From: Thelocarpon superellum
Taxonomy: Eukaryota
Length of the DNA: 52,159 nucleotides
Reading direction: 5' to 3'
Assembly: GCA_026025795.1 (NCBI GenBank)
Contig: JAPEUG010000084.1
Coordinates: 1-52,159, forward strand
In this document: positions 10,601 to 24,017 of the stretch, piece by piece
Layout of the letters: each line of letters begins with the position of its first letter
Position numbering within the stretch: position 1 is the first letter of the stretch
Made by a program: the position numbers and the translations under genes
Notes under the pieces: generated by a model
What the model saw: only the letters and a program-made list of their open reading frames with translations
Told to the model about the DNA's origin: nothing
Database searches by the model: none

Positions 10601-11741
10601 TCCTCTTCTTTGTTTCCACCATGATCCCCTACCAATTTGCCTACATGGTGGCATGTATAGTACAGATCTCGACATGCACGCGTGCATTACGACTGGCTCG
10701 TGAGACGGTACGCGCTACACGCCATCCTCACTTTCCCCCTGTCTAACAACACCAGCGCTCGGGCACCCATTTCAACTTCTACAACTACACGCATTCCATC
10801 CTGATCCTGATGCTCTGGGTGCTACCCATCAATCTGCCCGTGCTGGTGGTCTGGGTGCACAACCTCGCCGTGCACTGGCTGACGCCCTTCTCCTCCCATC
10901 ACAACGTGCTCTCCATCATGCCGCTCATTCTCCTGGTCGAGACCCTCTCCGGCGGCAAGATGCTCCCTCGAGTCACCACCCGGTTAGTCTTTGGTCCTCG
11001 CTTCGCTCGAAGCACCTCATTCTCGAACAGTTGGTTTTCACGGGTGGGGCTGGTTCGACTAACGCATGTGTGGACAGGATGCGATATGTGACCTCGCTCC
11101 TCCTGCTGATCCTCGCCGGGCACGCGTCCATCTACGGTGTGACGTACGCATACATGCTGCATCACCTGGTGAACCTGGTGGCGGCCTGGCTCGTGGCCCT
11201 CCACCTGTCTTGCAGTACCTTTCCCGCCCTAACGGTGTCGGGCCTGTCGAAGATGCTGGAAGGTCAAGACGTGACGGGAAGCGGAGATGAAGACGACGCC
11301 CGCCACGCGTCGTCGTCGTCGTCCTCGCATTACTCCACGTCCACGGCCATGTCGCAGCTCAAAGTTGATCCGCCCGTCTCATCAACCTCCACCTGGTCGT
11401 CGTCGTCCTCGTCTTCTTCCTCTTCCCTGTCCAAATCCCCCTCCAGCGCAATACTATCCTCTACGTCGACATCAACGTCTGCATTTTCTTCCTTGCCGCA
11501 CGCATCATCGCTCCACCAGCCGGCGCACCATTCGACCTCGACCTCTTCTGCCTCGAAAGCAACATCAGCAGCGACATCGACGACGACAACGACGGCAGGA
11601 AACGCAAACGCGACCACATCATCGTCTCTACTCCTCCCATCCAAGACGGTCATGGCACCACCCAAGCCAAGCTCAAGCTCAAGCTCAAGCTCAAGCTCAA
11701 GCACGACGCCGGGGGAATACAGTAATAAGAAACGTCCATGA
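7618..11741 (+). CDS. BST1: GPI inositol-deacylase (PGAP1 family)
   Basis: PGAP1 motifs VLFIPGNAGSYKQVR, lipase GHSMGG and DHQSILWC, a multi-TM C-terminal half and a terminal KKRP dilysine ER signal. Exons 7618-10069, 10117-10480, 10536-10707, 10756-10982 and 11078-11741 join in frame. The true start could be a downstream ATG (MADPR...). Confidence 0.93.
11668..11702 (+). repeat. Coding hexanucleotide microsatellite (CAAGCT)n encoding poly-Ser in BST1 tail
   Basis: caagct x5 plus a partial copy, in frame as [11 protein letters not shown]. Confidence 0.9.
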
Positions 11742-13253
11742 GTGGCAGTCATTCCTATCCTTTATCCCCCACGCTGTACCTATTCCGTCGTCTGTTCGTG
11801 CGCTGTCGAACCAAGCGGGGTGAGCGAACGAGCGAAAGAGCGAGCAAGCAAGCGAGACATTGACGCATGGAGAGCTTCTCCTCCCAGTGAGCGACTACGC
11901 GATCGCCTGAGCGACCGAGCGATCGAGCGAGCTGCGCCGCCGACCGAGCGACCGAGCGTGCGATTGTCATTGTCATTATTATTCTCATCCTTATCATTAT
12001 CATCCACTTCCGTACGTAGGTTAGGTAAGGTCAGGGTAGGCAGACTCGTGACTGTTGGTGTGCAGACAGATGGGCTCACTCAGCCCTTGTTTCTTGCATC
12101 CATATCTTCCTGTCCCTGCTCGTGCGGACTCCATTCCGGTCTGTTCCGGTCGGTGCAGTTCGGCTTGGGTTGGTTCGAGCCCAGTCTATACATACAGTTC
12201 GTTCACCATTGTGAATCATGTGCTGTGATGTGCCTTTCTTGATTCTCAGAGAAGAAAGAACAGAGACCAGAGAGAGAAGAAGAAGGCGAAGAGACAAGAA
12301 GCGACAGCGATAGCGACAGCGGCACCGAGACAGGCACATACCTAATCATTTCCTTATGACTACCTCCAGAGACCCATCACCGTCAATCAACCAACCGACC
12401 AATCACTCTGGTGTTCGTTCTCCTGTTCGTTCCTCGTCCATCCCTGCGTACAGGTATATCGCTTCTTGATGTCCTTGGACGACTCATAAGTCTTACTTGT
12501 AGTCCTAAACCCCGTAGCCACGCACCCCGACTGGTAACGTCATTGTATGGATATACCGTCGGGTAGCAGTACAAGACGAAGCTAAACATACATCGCCGCT
12601 CACTCTGCCCGCCTCGCCTCCCTGTTCTCCGCTCCTCTCCCCCACCGCCGTCTCTATCCTCCCGTCAGCACTTCGTCACTCCTCACGTAACCAGAACCCA
12701 CCTACATCTACTCACTTCCATCGTCATCTCTCTGTTTCATCCTCACCCCAATCCATCCCATTCCACCCGGACTAGTCCTGAATCATCATTCACGATCATG
12801 AACAAATCACGAGCGGCGGAAACAGATTCAATCCTGCTCTCAAACGAACGTATAATACATGAGGAAAACTCCCATGATCAAAACAAGTATACCCGTAGAC
12901 AACGACATGGGCGTTGCACGTAGAGGGCTCGCACACACGATAGTAATGTAGCCCCGAAGGTCTGACAAGCACATTGCCGGCGAATCAGAGGGAAAAAGAT
13001 ATAGCTCGGAGAAGAAGCAAGACCACCGTCGAGAGCTGGTGACTCTGCGGAGACAAATACAACGCAACGTGATTCTCCTCTCTCTCTCTCACGCGTCCAA
13101 GGAAGAAAAAAATGAAAAAAGACAGCCATGGGTCCCTCTCAATCCTCCGCTTTGGACAAGTAATACGTCAAGAGGTTCTTTTGGTCGCTCGTCGCTGACT
13201 CAAGCGCCGTCCAGAAGGTCTGGGCGCGCTCGAGGTCGTGTCCGCCTGGAAAA

Positions 13254-16200
13254 TCACCAGCCCATCAGTGAAAGAACTTCGGTCGTCGGCATTCGTGGGT
13301 TCTCGTCCATCTTCGTTAGGATCGCCTCGATGGGATCCGCCGCGAAATCCGGTAGAGCTGTCCCAAATCTCGACTTACCGACGGCTGCTTTGAACTCGCG
13401 GCAGCATTGCACCGACGCCTTGCGAACGTCGGCATCTTCTTCGCCAAGGCACCGCACCACCAACCGACCCAATCGCTCGTCGAACTCATCCGACGTCGGC
13501 CGGCTCTTCCCCTGGGCGGCCGATCGCTGGAGCAGCTTGCCCACCCCATCCAAGCCCATGATGAACATCGGGTTGCTGTCGGCCTTGCGCGCGATCTCCT
13601 CGTTCGTCATCAACTCCACCATGGCCTCCATGCATGCCGCCGTGTGCGCCTGATCCTTGCCCGCCAGGTTGTAGAGCTGCTCCGACGTGCGTTCGAGGTT
13701 GCGAACCATGTTGCATCGACCCTTGTAGTACTTGCGTGCCGTGAGCATCCCGCAGATCGTGCGTGGGAGCAATCCGCCGACTGCTTTGCCGTCGTGCTCA
13801 AACAGCGCGCGGATCGTGAGCAGGGCCTGTGGCTTCTGGTCTTGCACCATGGTGAGCGTGGACGACAGTCGGCGCAGCTCGTCATTGGGGACCTCGAGGT
13901 ACTGGACCAGGGCTACCAAGAGCTTCTCGAACCGACCATCGTATTGCCACACTTGCTCCCGCGACGCTGCGATAACGCTCTGCAGGCGACGGAAGCCGTG
14001 CGACTCGAGCGTGCGGTTGTTGATTTTGTTGATGCCGCTCTCCACCACCTTGACCGTCTTTTGGTAGTCCTCGTCGTCCACGCTGAGCGGCGGCATTGGG
14101 GCCACCTCGCCACACCGGCCGTGGGACGCCGTCGCTTCCGCCGGCGACCTTGGCGTCACCGGCCTCGTCTCCTCCAGGTGGAGGGCCTGGTTCAGGGCTT
14201 GGCTCAGCGCGCTCACCGACGGCTGTGCCGGCTCATTCAGCGTCAGCTCCGTCAGGACAACCGAGGCGCGGCGTGACCGTGCCATCAGCTCGCTCTCCGA
14301 CGACGTGCCCGAGTCCTGGTAGACGCTCAGGGGACGAGATTCCGGGCGCTCTGGCTTGGGCCGGCGAGGCATGTTCTCGTCATCGTCCACCGTCGACGGT
14401 TTGGTCGCGTCGGGTCGACGTGGGGGACGCATCGGCTTGGACGCGAGTCCGTGCGGTGTCGCGATGCTGGCGATGGACGTCGTCGTCATATTCTTCTCCG
14501 GTGAGACAGCGGACCGGGCCGATCCCGGTCGACTCTGCGTCGCCAGCGGCTGCGCCTGTGACTGCGTCAACGGCTGCATCTCCGCGACTCCACCGGTCAC
14601 GGCCAAAGCGGCTTTCTTGCGAGCGTCACGCGATCCCTTACGAGACAACGGGGCGCCGCTGCCGGTGGAACGAACAGGTGGGGCCGAGGTCCTCGACGGC
14701 GAGCCCGAGCTGGCGGCAGATTGTATCGACAGTGCCGACGTCGGCCGGCTGTTCTCACGGCCCGCGAGCGTCTCGTTCTTCTTGGCCAATGCCGCGGCTT
14801 TCTTCTGAGCGGCCAAAGCTTCGCGTTTCTGGGCCGCGATGGCATCCTTGAGGGACCGCTTCGACGGATGTGCGGTTACGGTGCGAACGGAGGGCGTCGG
14901 GGCCGCATCCACGCCCGTCGCTGGGGCTGCCTTCTTCGGCGAGTTAGGATTGGCCGCGTCTTTCTCAAGGAGGCGACGTGACGTCGGATCGAGCGTTGAC
15001 ATGAGACTGGATCTTGTCAGCGAGCCACGATGATTAACGGGAAGGTGTGACTTACACATCGGCACGCTCCGGCCACACCTTGAAGAAAGCCCAGAAGGTC
15101 TTACGCATGTTCTCGCGCACCCCAATGTCCGCGTCCGCGAGGCCCTTTTTGATGCACTTTTCCATGAGCTCCACGCCACCTGTGTGCTCGACGTGGCCCT
15201 TGTGATGTCCATGCTTCTGGATGAGCGTCGTGAGCCATCCGGCGGCAAAGAGCCGCGGCTTCACGTTCTTGTCTTGACAGGTCGCCCAGACATGCTGCAG
15301 CAGGCGCACGTTGTAGGACACGTTCGAGAAGATGACATCGACGGTGGCGTTGCCATTCAGCCGACTGATGTTCTTCGTGGCCGCGCAGAGCTTGATGAGG
15401 TTCTGCAGGAGAATCTCGACCATGGGATCGAGTCCAGGACCGACGGTTTTGGCGATCTCTTGGAGGAGGGTGCAACCGTGGGTGGAGAGGGTCGTGCGGA
15501 GGGAGTTGACAGCCTTGAGGATGCCGTCAAGTAGGCCTTTGATGCCGGCCACGAAGGGGACGGGATACGACGTCGGGGCGTTGCCCTTGGTGATCTTGCG
15601 AAGCTTGGTCACGCTCTTCTCACGCGCGATCCAATTCTGCTCCGACTCTCGACCCTCGAAATGGGGCTGCATCTCACGAAAGAGGTCTTCGAGCTCTCGC
15701 TGCGTGTTGACGTACGCCGGCTCGACCTGATCGACATCGGGTTCGGCCGCGACGCTGACGGAGCTGGCCATGGCCATCAACGTGGTAGGACGCGTGCTGA
15801 CCACTTCCAGCGGTGGAGCGGACGGGGTCGCCACAGGAGGTTCAGGCGGATGAGATCCACTGAGGCCTAGCTGAGCCAGAATCTCGGCGGTGATGGTCTT
15901 CCGGACGTTGTATTGCTGTAACTGCCGCTTCAAGTCGGTCTTGGCGTGCTCGGGTGCAGTCCTGCGTATGCGTCAGTCACAGCACGAGTGAAAGGATGGA
16001 AGGGGGGGCCAAGGGGGGACGCGTACTGGAAGAGCGCAACCACCGTGCTCACGGCCACCTTCCGCACCATGCCGTCGGCGTCTTCGAGAGCTTCCATCAA
16101 TTTAGGTACGAAGCTCTTGAAGGGGAGGCCGTTCTCGGTGCTCATCTACTTCGGGTCAATGTCCGACGCGTCCACAACGGGAGAGAGCCCTGATAACGGC

Positions 16201-16668
16201 GGGGGGAGGACAGACCGCGGTGAGCCACTGCATACTCGACTCTTTCGTCCGTGGGTTCTTGCTGATCATACCCGAGTCACGGACGAGGCGCTCGACGTCT
16301 TGCGAGCAGGAGATCCACAGGTCGCTCAGGCACTGCATGGCCAGGCCGCGGTGGCGATCCTTGCGGTCCCCGAGGGCGTCGATCAGAAGCGGAAGGATGC
16401 GAGGCCCGTGGGCCACCAGGTAGTCGGCGTTCTGCAGGTGCAGACGCTTGAGGAGGTGTCCGAGGGTGGAGAGGCCCTGGCCCACCAGCAGAGAGTGCTG
16501 GGAGCTCGTGGCCAGTCGAACGATTTCGAAGAGGACGGCGACGATGCCATCCGGGACATGGTGGTGCTTGATGGAGGATTTGAGCTCGTTGAGCTCGTTC
16601 GACTTGGCCTCCACGGAGACCTCGCTGGACCGGAGGTCCGCCAGCACACGCCTCGCTTGGGCGTCCAT
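13254..16668 (-). CDS. STU1: CLASP-family microtubule-associated protein Stu1
   Basis: TOG/HEAT repeats and CLASP_N signature (FEGRESEQNW...REK, SLRTTLS, LIKLCAATK), a Ser/Arg/Pro-rich linker and a C-terminal helical domain. Exons 16668-16216, 16145-16027, 15961-15056 and 15006-13254 join in frame. Confidence 0.92.
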
Positions 16669-17776
16669 GACTGCCCCCACGGCCACGATGGCGTCGTGCA
16701 CCGCGAGAGTCAGCCAGCCATGGCGCCCAGCAAGGACGCGGCACCCGACATAAAGAATGCCCAAGAGGGCCGCCCACACGAAACAGGCACAGAACAACGC
16801 TACCTCCAAGAGGCAGCGAGCGGCGACTGAGGATGGTCTTGCCATCATCATTAGCAAGTGATGATGGTGTTGAAGGAGGGAGACGACGTGAGCATTCGGG
16901 GAAGGGTAGATATGCCAGGACGCGAGGGAAACAAGTCATTCGAGGGCACGCCAGAGTGGCTTACTTACCTTGGGGAACTATGGCGACAGGCACGTTGGTG
17001 GATGTGGAAGGCGGGCTCGGGTGGTGTTGTTGTTGATTAAACTGTGAAGATCGCGACTTCTGGATCCGCCCGTACATCGTGGGGTCGCCCGCGGTGCATT
17101 CGTCGCTACGCGGCTCTCTCGACTCCCCCACTTTCTCCCGACCCCTTAGAGGTAGGTACGGTTGGCGACGTGACTATCTTGGCAATAGCTACCCTGCGCT
17201 CCCGGCAGCAACCGTGGAACGTGTCTAACCCGGGGCCACTCCTCCCACTTGATTGACGAGCACTTTTATTGGTCCTGTCACCAAACGTCAAGGATGCTAT
17301 GGATGAAGAGGATGCTCCTTGTTAGCTGATTAAGGATGCACAGTAATGAAGGGAACGCCGCAGAAGCAGCTGTTAAACTTGGCGGAAGGCTGTTCGCATT
17401 TGTCGGCGCCCCGGTTAAGTATCTTCAATATTGTAGGAATCAGAGCTGAATTGCTAATCTACGCGTAGTCTGGGATAGTAATAGGAGTGGGCACGTGACC
17501 AGATCACGTGCGCGCTCCTACAATATCAATAATAGGGCGTCTGCATCACACGGTAGTTTTTATCCGGAGAGCCTAGAAAGCACACGTCAAACGACTACGA
17601 AAGGGTGTCTTGCAAATTTAGCTATACCGAACGAGAGATATCGAGGCTCTAGAAGTAGGAGCGATGTCTACCATGCTGGACGCGGCAGTGCTCCCGGATT
17701 ATACGCACGACCCCGGACAGCTCTTGCTGATGGAGATGAACCATTCATATCGTAGACTTGGTATACCAAACATCCA

Positions 17777-19485
17777 TCAGGCCAGCTTCTCGACGTCTGT
17801 GTCTCCTTCCAGCTTCCGTACCCGCAGCTGCTTCGCCTTCATGTCTGTTCCCAAACATGGCGCGAAAAACATCGTTCCGGTGAAGGATCGCTGGACGGTG
17901 CGGACGGCGACGATGATCCAAAGTAGGACCACACATGCTGTTAGGACCTGCCACACCAACTTTGCCGTCAGTCGCGGGTGCTGGAAGTATCACACATGAT
18001 TGCGTGTAGTGGGGAGGTGCGCACCGTTCCGAGCACTTTGAAAAACCTCGACTCCAACTCCAGGCCGATAGCAGAGGTTGACAACGCGAAAATGCCTATC
18101 GCCACTCGTTAATTCAAAACTCCTCAAGGCAGTCGAGACACGGGGAAGCCACGAACCGAGGGGAAAGACAAACCCCCACCATCCCATATTAAAAGGGACC
18201 CGGCTCGACTCGGCAATGGTGGCGACGGCAATGAAAAACCAAATGAGAGCAAACCCCCACATGATCAAGGCCACGAAGAAGCTGACGACATAGAGCATGT
18301 CCCCGGCGTTGGCGACCGTCGGGAGAGACTTGGTCGTCGGGAAAAGGTCGCGGGCGACTTTGCCCAACGAAACCAGGCTGCGTGACGTCAGTTCGGCAAG
18401 AGCAGGAAGATGACGAGAAGCCCATACGAAAACACTCCGAGGCCAAGTGGTCCGATTGGGAGAAAGACCGAGACAATGACCTCTCGCGGCGGAGGCTCGT
18501 GGATCGTCAGACGCACAAAGTACAGGACGAGAATCATCCAGGCGAGAGGCATGCCGATCCCCCAGAGCACGTAACTGATGATGAGCGTCCAGAGCCGGTG
18601 CTCAGGGTTGGGGAGAGCAGCAGCGAGGAGACCTCCCGACGACGAAACAATCACGACAGACATGATGGGGATCAGCCAGAGCGCGGTCATGGCGGCCAGA
18701 TCACTTTTGCGATTGGACATTCTGTACCTCTGATCAGCTATTGGCGATACGACGGGTGGAGACCGGGCGAGTCACGGACATCACAAAGGCCATTTGGAAG
18801 CAAATGACCAGGGCAAGCACGCCGTCAATCCACCATAGCACCCAAGCCAGCGTCACCCACCCCTGACCCCACACGGGCGCGCAGACCAAGACGACCATGT
18901 TGAGGATCGTGGCGAGACCCACGGGGAAGGCTCCCAAGAACAAGCTCTGATGCGGATGGCGGAGGACGGCGCGAAAGAGCTCCGGGTAGGCGATGTATCT
19001 CGCGCAGGAAATGACGGTGAAGAGCACAAAGAGGGCGACGTTGAGGACGAAGAAGACGGTGGAAATGACGCGTAGCCAATCGCCATTGTAGGGGAGCTGG
19101 TGCAGCTGAATGGCGACGATACCGGTGCTCATGGTCACGACAAACCATCTAATCGCAACCGGAGGAACTGATCAGCTGGACAGGGTCCTCCCGGGTCATT
19201 GCGCCGCAGCGGAAGCACTTGTCATACGTACGACGGAGTGAAGTTCCTCACGATTCTCCATCCGCCACGCTCATCTGGATCGGAGGAGGTTTCGCCGTCT
19301 CCCTCCGCACTCATATCTGGCGGGGCATCTCCCCCTGTCTGAATCGAGAGATTGTTTTGGCCATCCGCGGACGATTCTATCGTCGCCTCATGTTCGATTC
19401 GGCTCAGCGACAAATCATACGCCGAGTACTCATCACGAGGCGTGTTGGCCACCATCCATAGCGCGGGAATCTCCATGAATTCCAT
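17777..19485 (-). CDS. SSU1: TDT-family (SLAC1/Mae1/Ssu1) sulfite/C4-dicarboxylate transporter
   Basis: Signature NFTPSWFVVTMSTGI across intron 1, plus QSLFLGAFPVG, FLPIGPLG and PFNMGWWGFVFPLG. It has about 10 TM segments and five GT-AG introns that join in frame. The start ATG is uncertain (19485, 19476 or 19455), and the substrate cannot be determined from sequence. Confidence 0.85.
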
Positions 19486-20213
19486 AAAATATAGTTATAC
19501 GTGGGTAGTCTGGTAGTCTGGTAGAGAGATACAATGGAGGTACAGATTACCAAATCCGGTAACAGCGATGGCCGCGCCGGAGACGTCGAGAAATGAATGA
19601 ACAAAAGCATTCCAACAGAATCGACAACGGGATAACGGGTAGCAGCAGGTGTTAAGTAGTGCTGAACGGTCGTATCTGGTCGATAAAACAGGCCGGGGAT
19701 TGACTTCCCATCATGCCTTTGGTGCGCCATTTTCCACCTTGAACGAGCTCTCTTGCACGGATGAGGGGGGGAGCTGTACTTCGTAGGAGTACTACTGAGA
19801 TTAATCCGAAGTCTGAGGCACGGATCACCTGAGCGCGAGGACCGAGCTAATGGACGCGCGAGTCGCGAGTCGTGAGCCACACGAGACGAACAGACAAATG
19901 CAAAGCGGCAATCCTAGCTCCCGGCTCGGCAAGAAGTCCTTCCGCTGGCCTACGCCTGGTCCGCCAGATCATTCGCCCCCAGACGTCATCGCTTCGTGGA
20001 CCGAGATTTCAATACAAGATAACCACGGATAAACAAACGCAACGACTTTTTCGATGAAGGATGGCGATGGTCCTCGTAAAGCATCTGCTGTCTCTCAGTC
20101 ATTGAGTATACACGCGTGCGAAATTCCGTAGATCGAATCCCCTCTTCCGAGCCTCCCAAGGACTCGCCTGAGGTCATCTTGACGATGGTGATGAGCTTGG
20201 CAATTCATCGGGA

Positions 20214-21564
20214 ATGAGGTTGCAGCAAATGAGGCGTGGACCAAGATGTCTGCGTCAATTTTCCACGACGTCGGCATACTCTGTGGATTTCACGCACGCG
20301 GTAGGTCCAGCGATGTTCGAATCGCAGTGTTCAATAGCCTGTGGGCTTGATGAGTTGATCGTGTGGTGATGTACTGATGGCCAGTTGCCCGGCGCTAGGT
20401 GATCGGAGCTGGGGTGGTCGGGTTGGCAATCGCACGGAAACTGGCCGCGAAGGAAGGCACGTCGACGGTATTGATCGAGCGAAATGAAAGTGCTGGGATG
20501 GAAACGAGCAGTCGCAACTCCGAGGTATGGTGTGGAAAGTCTCCCAAGAACGCAAGTGCCGCTGTAGCTGACGCGAAGTCCACAAGGTCATACACGCAGG
20601 CCTGTACTACGGCGTGGATACGTTGAAGACGAATCTTTGCGTGCAGGGGCGACCCATGCTCTATGATCTTTGCGCGAAACAGTCCATCCCCTGCCGCAAC
20701 ACCAAGAAATGGATTGTGGCTCAAACCGAACAGCAGTGGACCGACTGTCTCAAGTTACACCGACACGCTCAGCACATCGGCGTCCCAACGCGCCTGGTGG
20801 GGCGAGAGGAGGGACGGCGGCGTGAAGCCGAGGTGCAGGCCAAGGCGGGCATCGTGGAGAGTGAATCGACGGGCATCGTGGACGGCCACAGCCTCATGAC
20901 CTTTCTACAGGGGGACTTGGAAGAGAAGGGCGGCGATTGCGCCTTCCGGTCCCCGGTTACGCGAGTCGAAACCCTGGACGGCGGCCGCGCGGGGTACAGG
21001 GTGTACACGCAGGACCGGCAGACTGGCGAGGAGACGGCCATCACCGCCGAGACGCTGGTCAACAGCGCGGGTCTTGCCGCGTGTGCAATCAACAACATGG
21101 TCCTGCCAACCGAGCGACATCGCACCCCATATTTTGCCAAAGGCTCGTACTTCTCCTATGCCGCCTCGCACCCCAAGCCGTCGACGCTCGTCTATCCCGC
21201 GCCTGAGCCGGACCAAGGCAGCCTCGGCACCCACCTCACCCTCGACCTGGCTGGACGCGTCCGCTTCGGTCCAGACCTCGAGTGGGTGGACGACGCTACT
21301 GACCTCTCGCCCCACCTCGGCCGCCTCGAGGACGCCATCCGTGCAGTCCAGACCTACTTACCGGGGATCGACCGCTCAGCCGTGGCCCTTGATTATTGTG
21401 GCATCCGTCCCAAGCTAGCCGGGCCAGGGTCGGGCTTTCAGGACTTTGTCATCCAGACCGAGCAAGGCTTCGAGGGCTTCGTCAATCTCTTGGGCATTGA
21501 GAGTCCGGGCCTCACGAGCAGCTTGGCGATTGCAGAGATGGTGGAGCGACTTCTGTATCGTTAG
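20214..21564 (+). CDS. L2HGDH: Mitochondrial L-2-hydroxyglutarate dehydrogenase (FAD-dependent, DAO family)
   Basis: Presequence [18 protein letters not shown], then [32 protein letters not shown] and [15 protein letters not shown]. Exons 20214-20300, 20399-20524 and 20587-21564. Confidence 0.9.
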
Positions 21565-21627
21565 GCTTCTCGCCCACGGAGTGGCGTCTTGTCGGATCCA
21601 GAACACAACCACAAGGCTACGCGGGAT

Positions 21628-24017
21628 TCATCGTTCGTCGGAATGAGCCTGTTGGAGCATTTGAAAGTGCTACAAGAAAGACATGAGCGGCCATCTCAAG
21701 CGAAGGGCGCCCTCGGCCGACGATGGTGCTCACCTCGATCTGTTCTTGGGCGAGTTTGCCAGCCGTGTCCTGGTGGGGCGGTGGTCAGCCGACGCGGACA
21801 AGCACCACGGAGGGCCTGGTGGCAACACACCTGAATGATCGTCACCACAAGCGAATAGTTGTTGAACAAAAATCGCTGTCGTTTCCGCGTCTCGGCCAAG
21901 GTCTTGCTCAGACGGGTCAGAAAGGCCTCAAAGTCATTTCGAAGGCGTCCCAGGCTGGTCGAGACGGGCTCGTCGTCACCCGCATCGCTGCTGAGGGACA
22001 GGATCCCGCGCAGGAATTGCGCGAACCGCTGCGTCAGCTGGTGCGGGGCGGCCGATTGCTTGTTCGACTCAGGAACGGAGAGCGAGAGTGCCGAGGCGAC
22101 AATTTTGCTGGAGGACTGAGCGGCGACGCGTCGCACCGACTCGCAGTGCAAGTCCATGATGATCTGGAAGCGCGGCCATAGAAGCATGTTCGTGCCATTG
22201 ATGTAAGACTCGACCGCTGGTACTTTCCGACGCTGCAGCTCGAAGGCGAACCGCTGATTGAGCCGCACGCAGATGAGAACGCCCATGCAGTCCACGTTGG
22301 ACTCCACAAGGCTCTTGGTCAGACTCTGTCCCAGAGTGAATGTTGGCTGGAAGATCTCCGCAAAGGTGCGGGACACTTGATGAAAGGAGTAGGTGGAGAA
22401 GAAGTCGGTCAGGAAGGCGTACTCGGCCGAGGCATTATCGACCAGCGCTAGATTGAAGTTGCGAAAGGGCACTTCGAGGTGGTGCGCCGACTTGTCCTCT
22501 TCTGCGAGGTAGGAGGAGAGCGAGGAGCCACTGGCGTGATGGAGGATGTCGAGTCGCCGACCAAGGTTGAACGGATCATGCGCAGCCGCGGCCGGTCTCC
22601 CTGCAGGGAGGACAGGGTCTCCCGTTGTCAACACGATCCACGACATGAGGGGGTGAAATCCAAGGACTTACTACGGCGAGCCAACTCGTCCGCGCCCAAG
22701 ACGTCCTGTTTGTCCATGACGTAGAGTCGCAGCTTGTCGAGCGCCTTCTGGTACCGAGTAAAGTGGCTTAGGTAGTACCAGCGCATCGTGTTGATGTACG
22801 CTTGCCCAATCTCCTCGGCCAAGGTTGGGTGATGACGGGCAAGGAAGACGTGGAGCTCCCGATACTTGACAAACGACTTCCGCTGGATGATCTGCGCATT
22901 GATGTTGGGCGATCGGAAGGACTTGATCTGCGTCACCAGGTAATCACGGATCCTTTCCACAGCCTAGACGAAATTAAGGGTTTGAAACTAGGTCATGGAT
23001 CGCGATGACGCTACCTTGTTGATCATATCGTTGAGTAGTGGCTGGATGTCCTCCACCGCTTTGACATGCGGCTGCAATTTTGCTTTGGCGTCGACCGCAT
23101 TGGCGTGTTGGTCGACCTCCATCAAGGCCTGCACCCAGGCCTCGTCAATGGGTCCCTCAGCAACCTTCATCACCACGGTAGGAGAGATGCTAAATTCCTC
23201 GACGGCCGGGCCCAGCAGCTTCTCCACCGTCCGACGATTCTCAAGCCGCGCGTTCAGTGACGTTGACCGGGACTGCAACGTCTCGATCTCGGCCGAGACG
23301 ACACCGAGGTCGGTCTGAAAGCTGGTCAGATAGGTTTCGACTGAGGCCAGGACCTTGTCGCAGCCCTACGCACGAAAATGTCAGCCAGAAGGTCCGCCAC
23401 GATGCCGGATGGACATGACACACCAGAATGGACGAATGTAGCTCTTCGAATTTGACCTGTTCCTTTGCGTCTGCCCATGAACACTTAGCTAATATGTCAG
23501 AACATTAATTCAGGTGGCACATACAATCCTCGGCCGTTTGTGCCTGTTGTGGCGGCCTCTCTCGACGCTTGGCTGCTTCTCCCTGGTCTCTGTTCACGAA
23601 ATCGACAAGACTCAGACCACCAAAGTCCACGTCTTCGACCAAGCCCGCCGCGATGACGAGTGTTTCTGATTGCGAAACTCCATCATCGACGTGACTAGGC
23701 CGACGGTCTTTCGAGCGGGAGTCCCCGACAATGCCTGCCAGGACGTCCAACGGCTCCGGGACGTTGGGAGGGGTGTTGGTAGTGGATCGGCGTAGGGCCG
23801 AGCCATGCTGCGGTCGTGTAGTATCGAGGGCGGAGCTTGAAGCAGGTGTGGCCAAGGACAGGGACGACGAGCGTGGGCTGAAGGCCGGCCTCCGAGGCTG
23901 CGCAGGAGCTTGGGATGGGCTGAGGTAGACACTACGCTGGGGCGCCGGAGAGTAAGAGCGGTTCCTTGGTGGGGAGGCCGAGGGTGGGGAATGGCCGGAG
24001 AAGCGGTCGAGCCACAT
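21628..24017 (-). CDS. VPS52: GARP complex subunit Vps52 (Sac2)
   Basis: MWLDRFSG start, then FQTDLGVVSAEIETLQ, ERIRDYLVTQIKSFRSPNINAQIIQ, LVDNASAEYAF, LLWPRFQ and FLFNNY. Multi-exon; the last small exons read DTAGKLAQEQIE and HFQMLQQAHSDER*, with the stop at 21630-21628. Confidence 0.92.

Noticed and set aside
16669..16857. Hydrophobic upstream in-frame extension of STU1 exon 1
   Set aside because: Stu1 orthologs begin at the TOG domain (MDAQA...), and a TM-like leader is implausible for a spindle protein, so it is treated as 5'UTR.
17777..21564. Divergent TDT transporter plus L-2-hydroxyglutarate dehydrogenase as a dicarboxylate-utilisation mini-cluster
   Set aside because: Transporter substrate (sulfite versus malate-type acids) cannot be assigned from sequence, and there is no regulator or third pathway gene. 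Adjacency alone is insufficient without synteny data.
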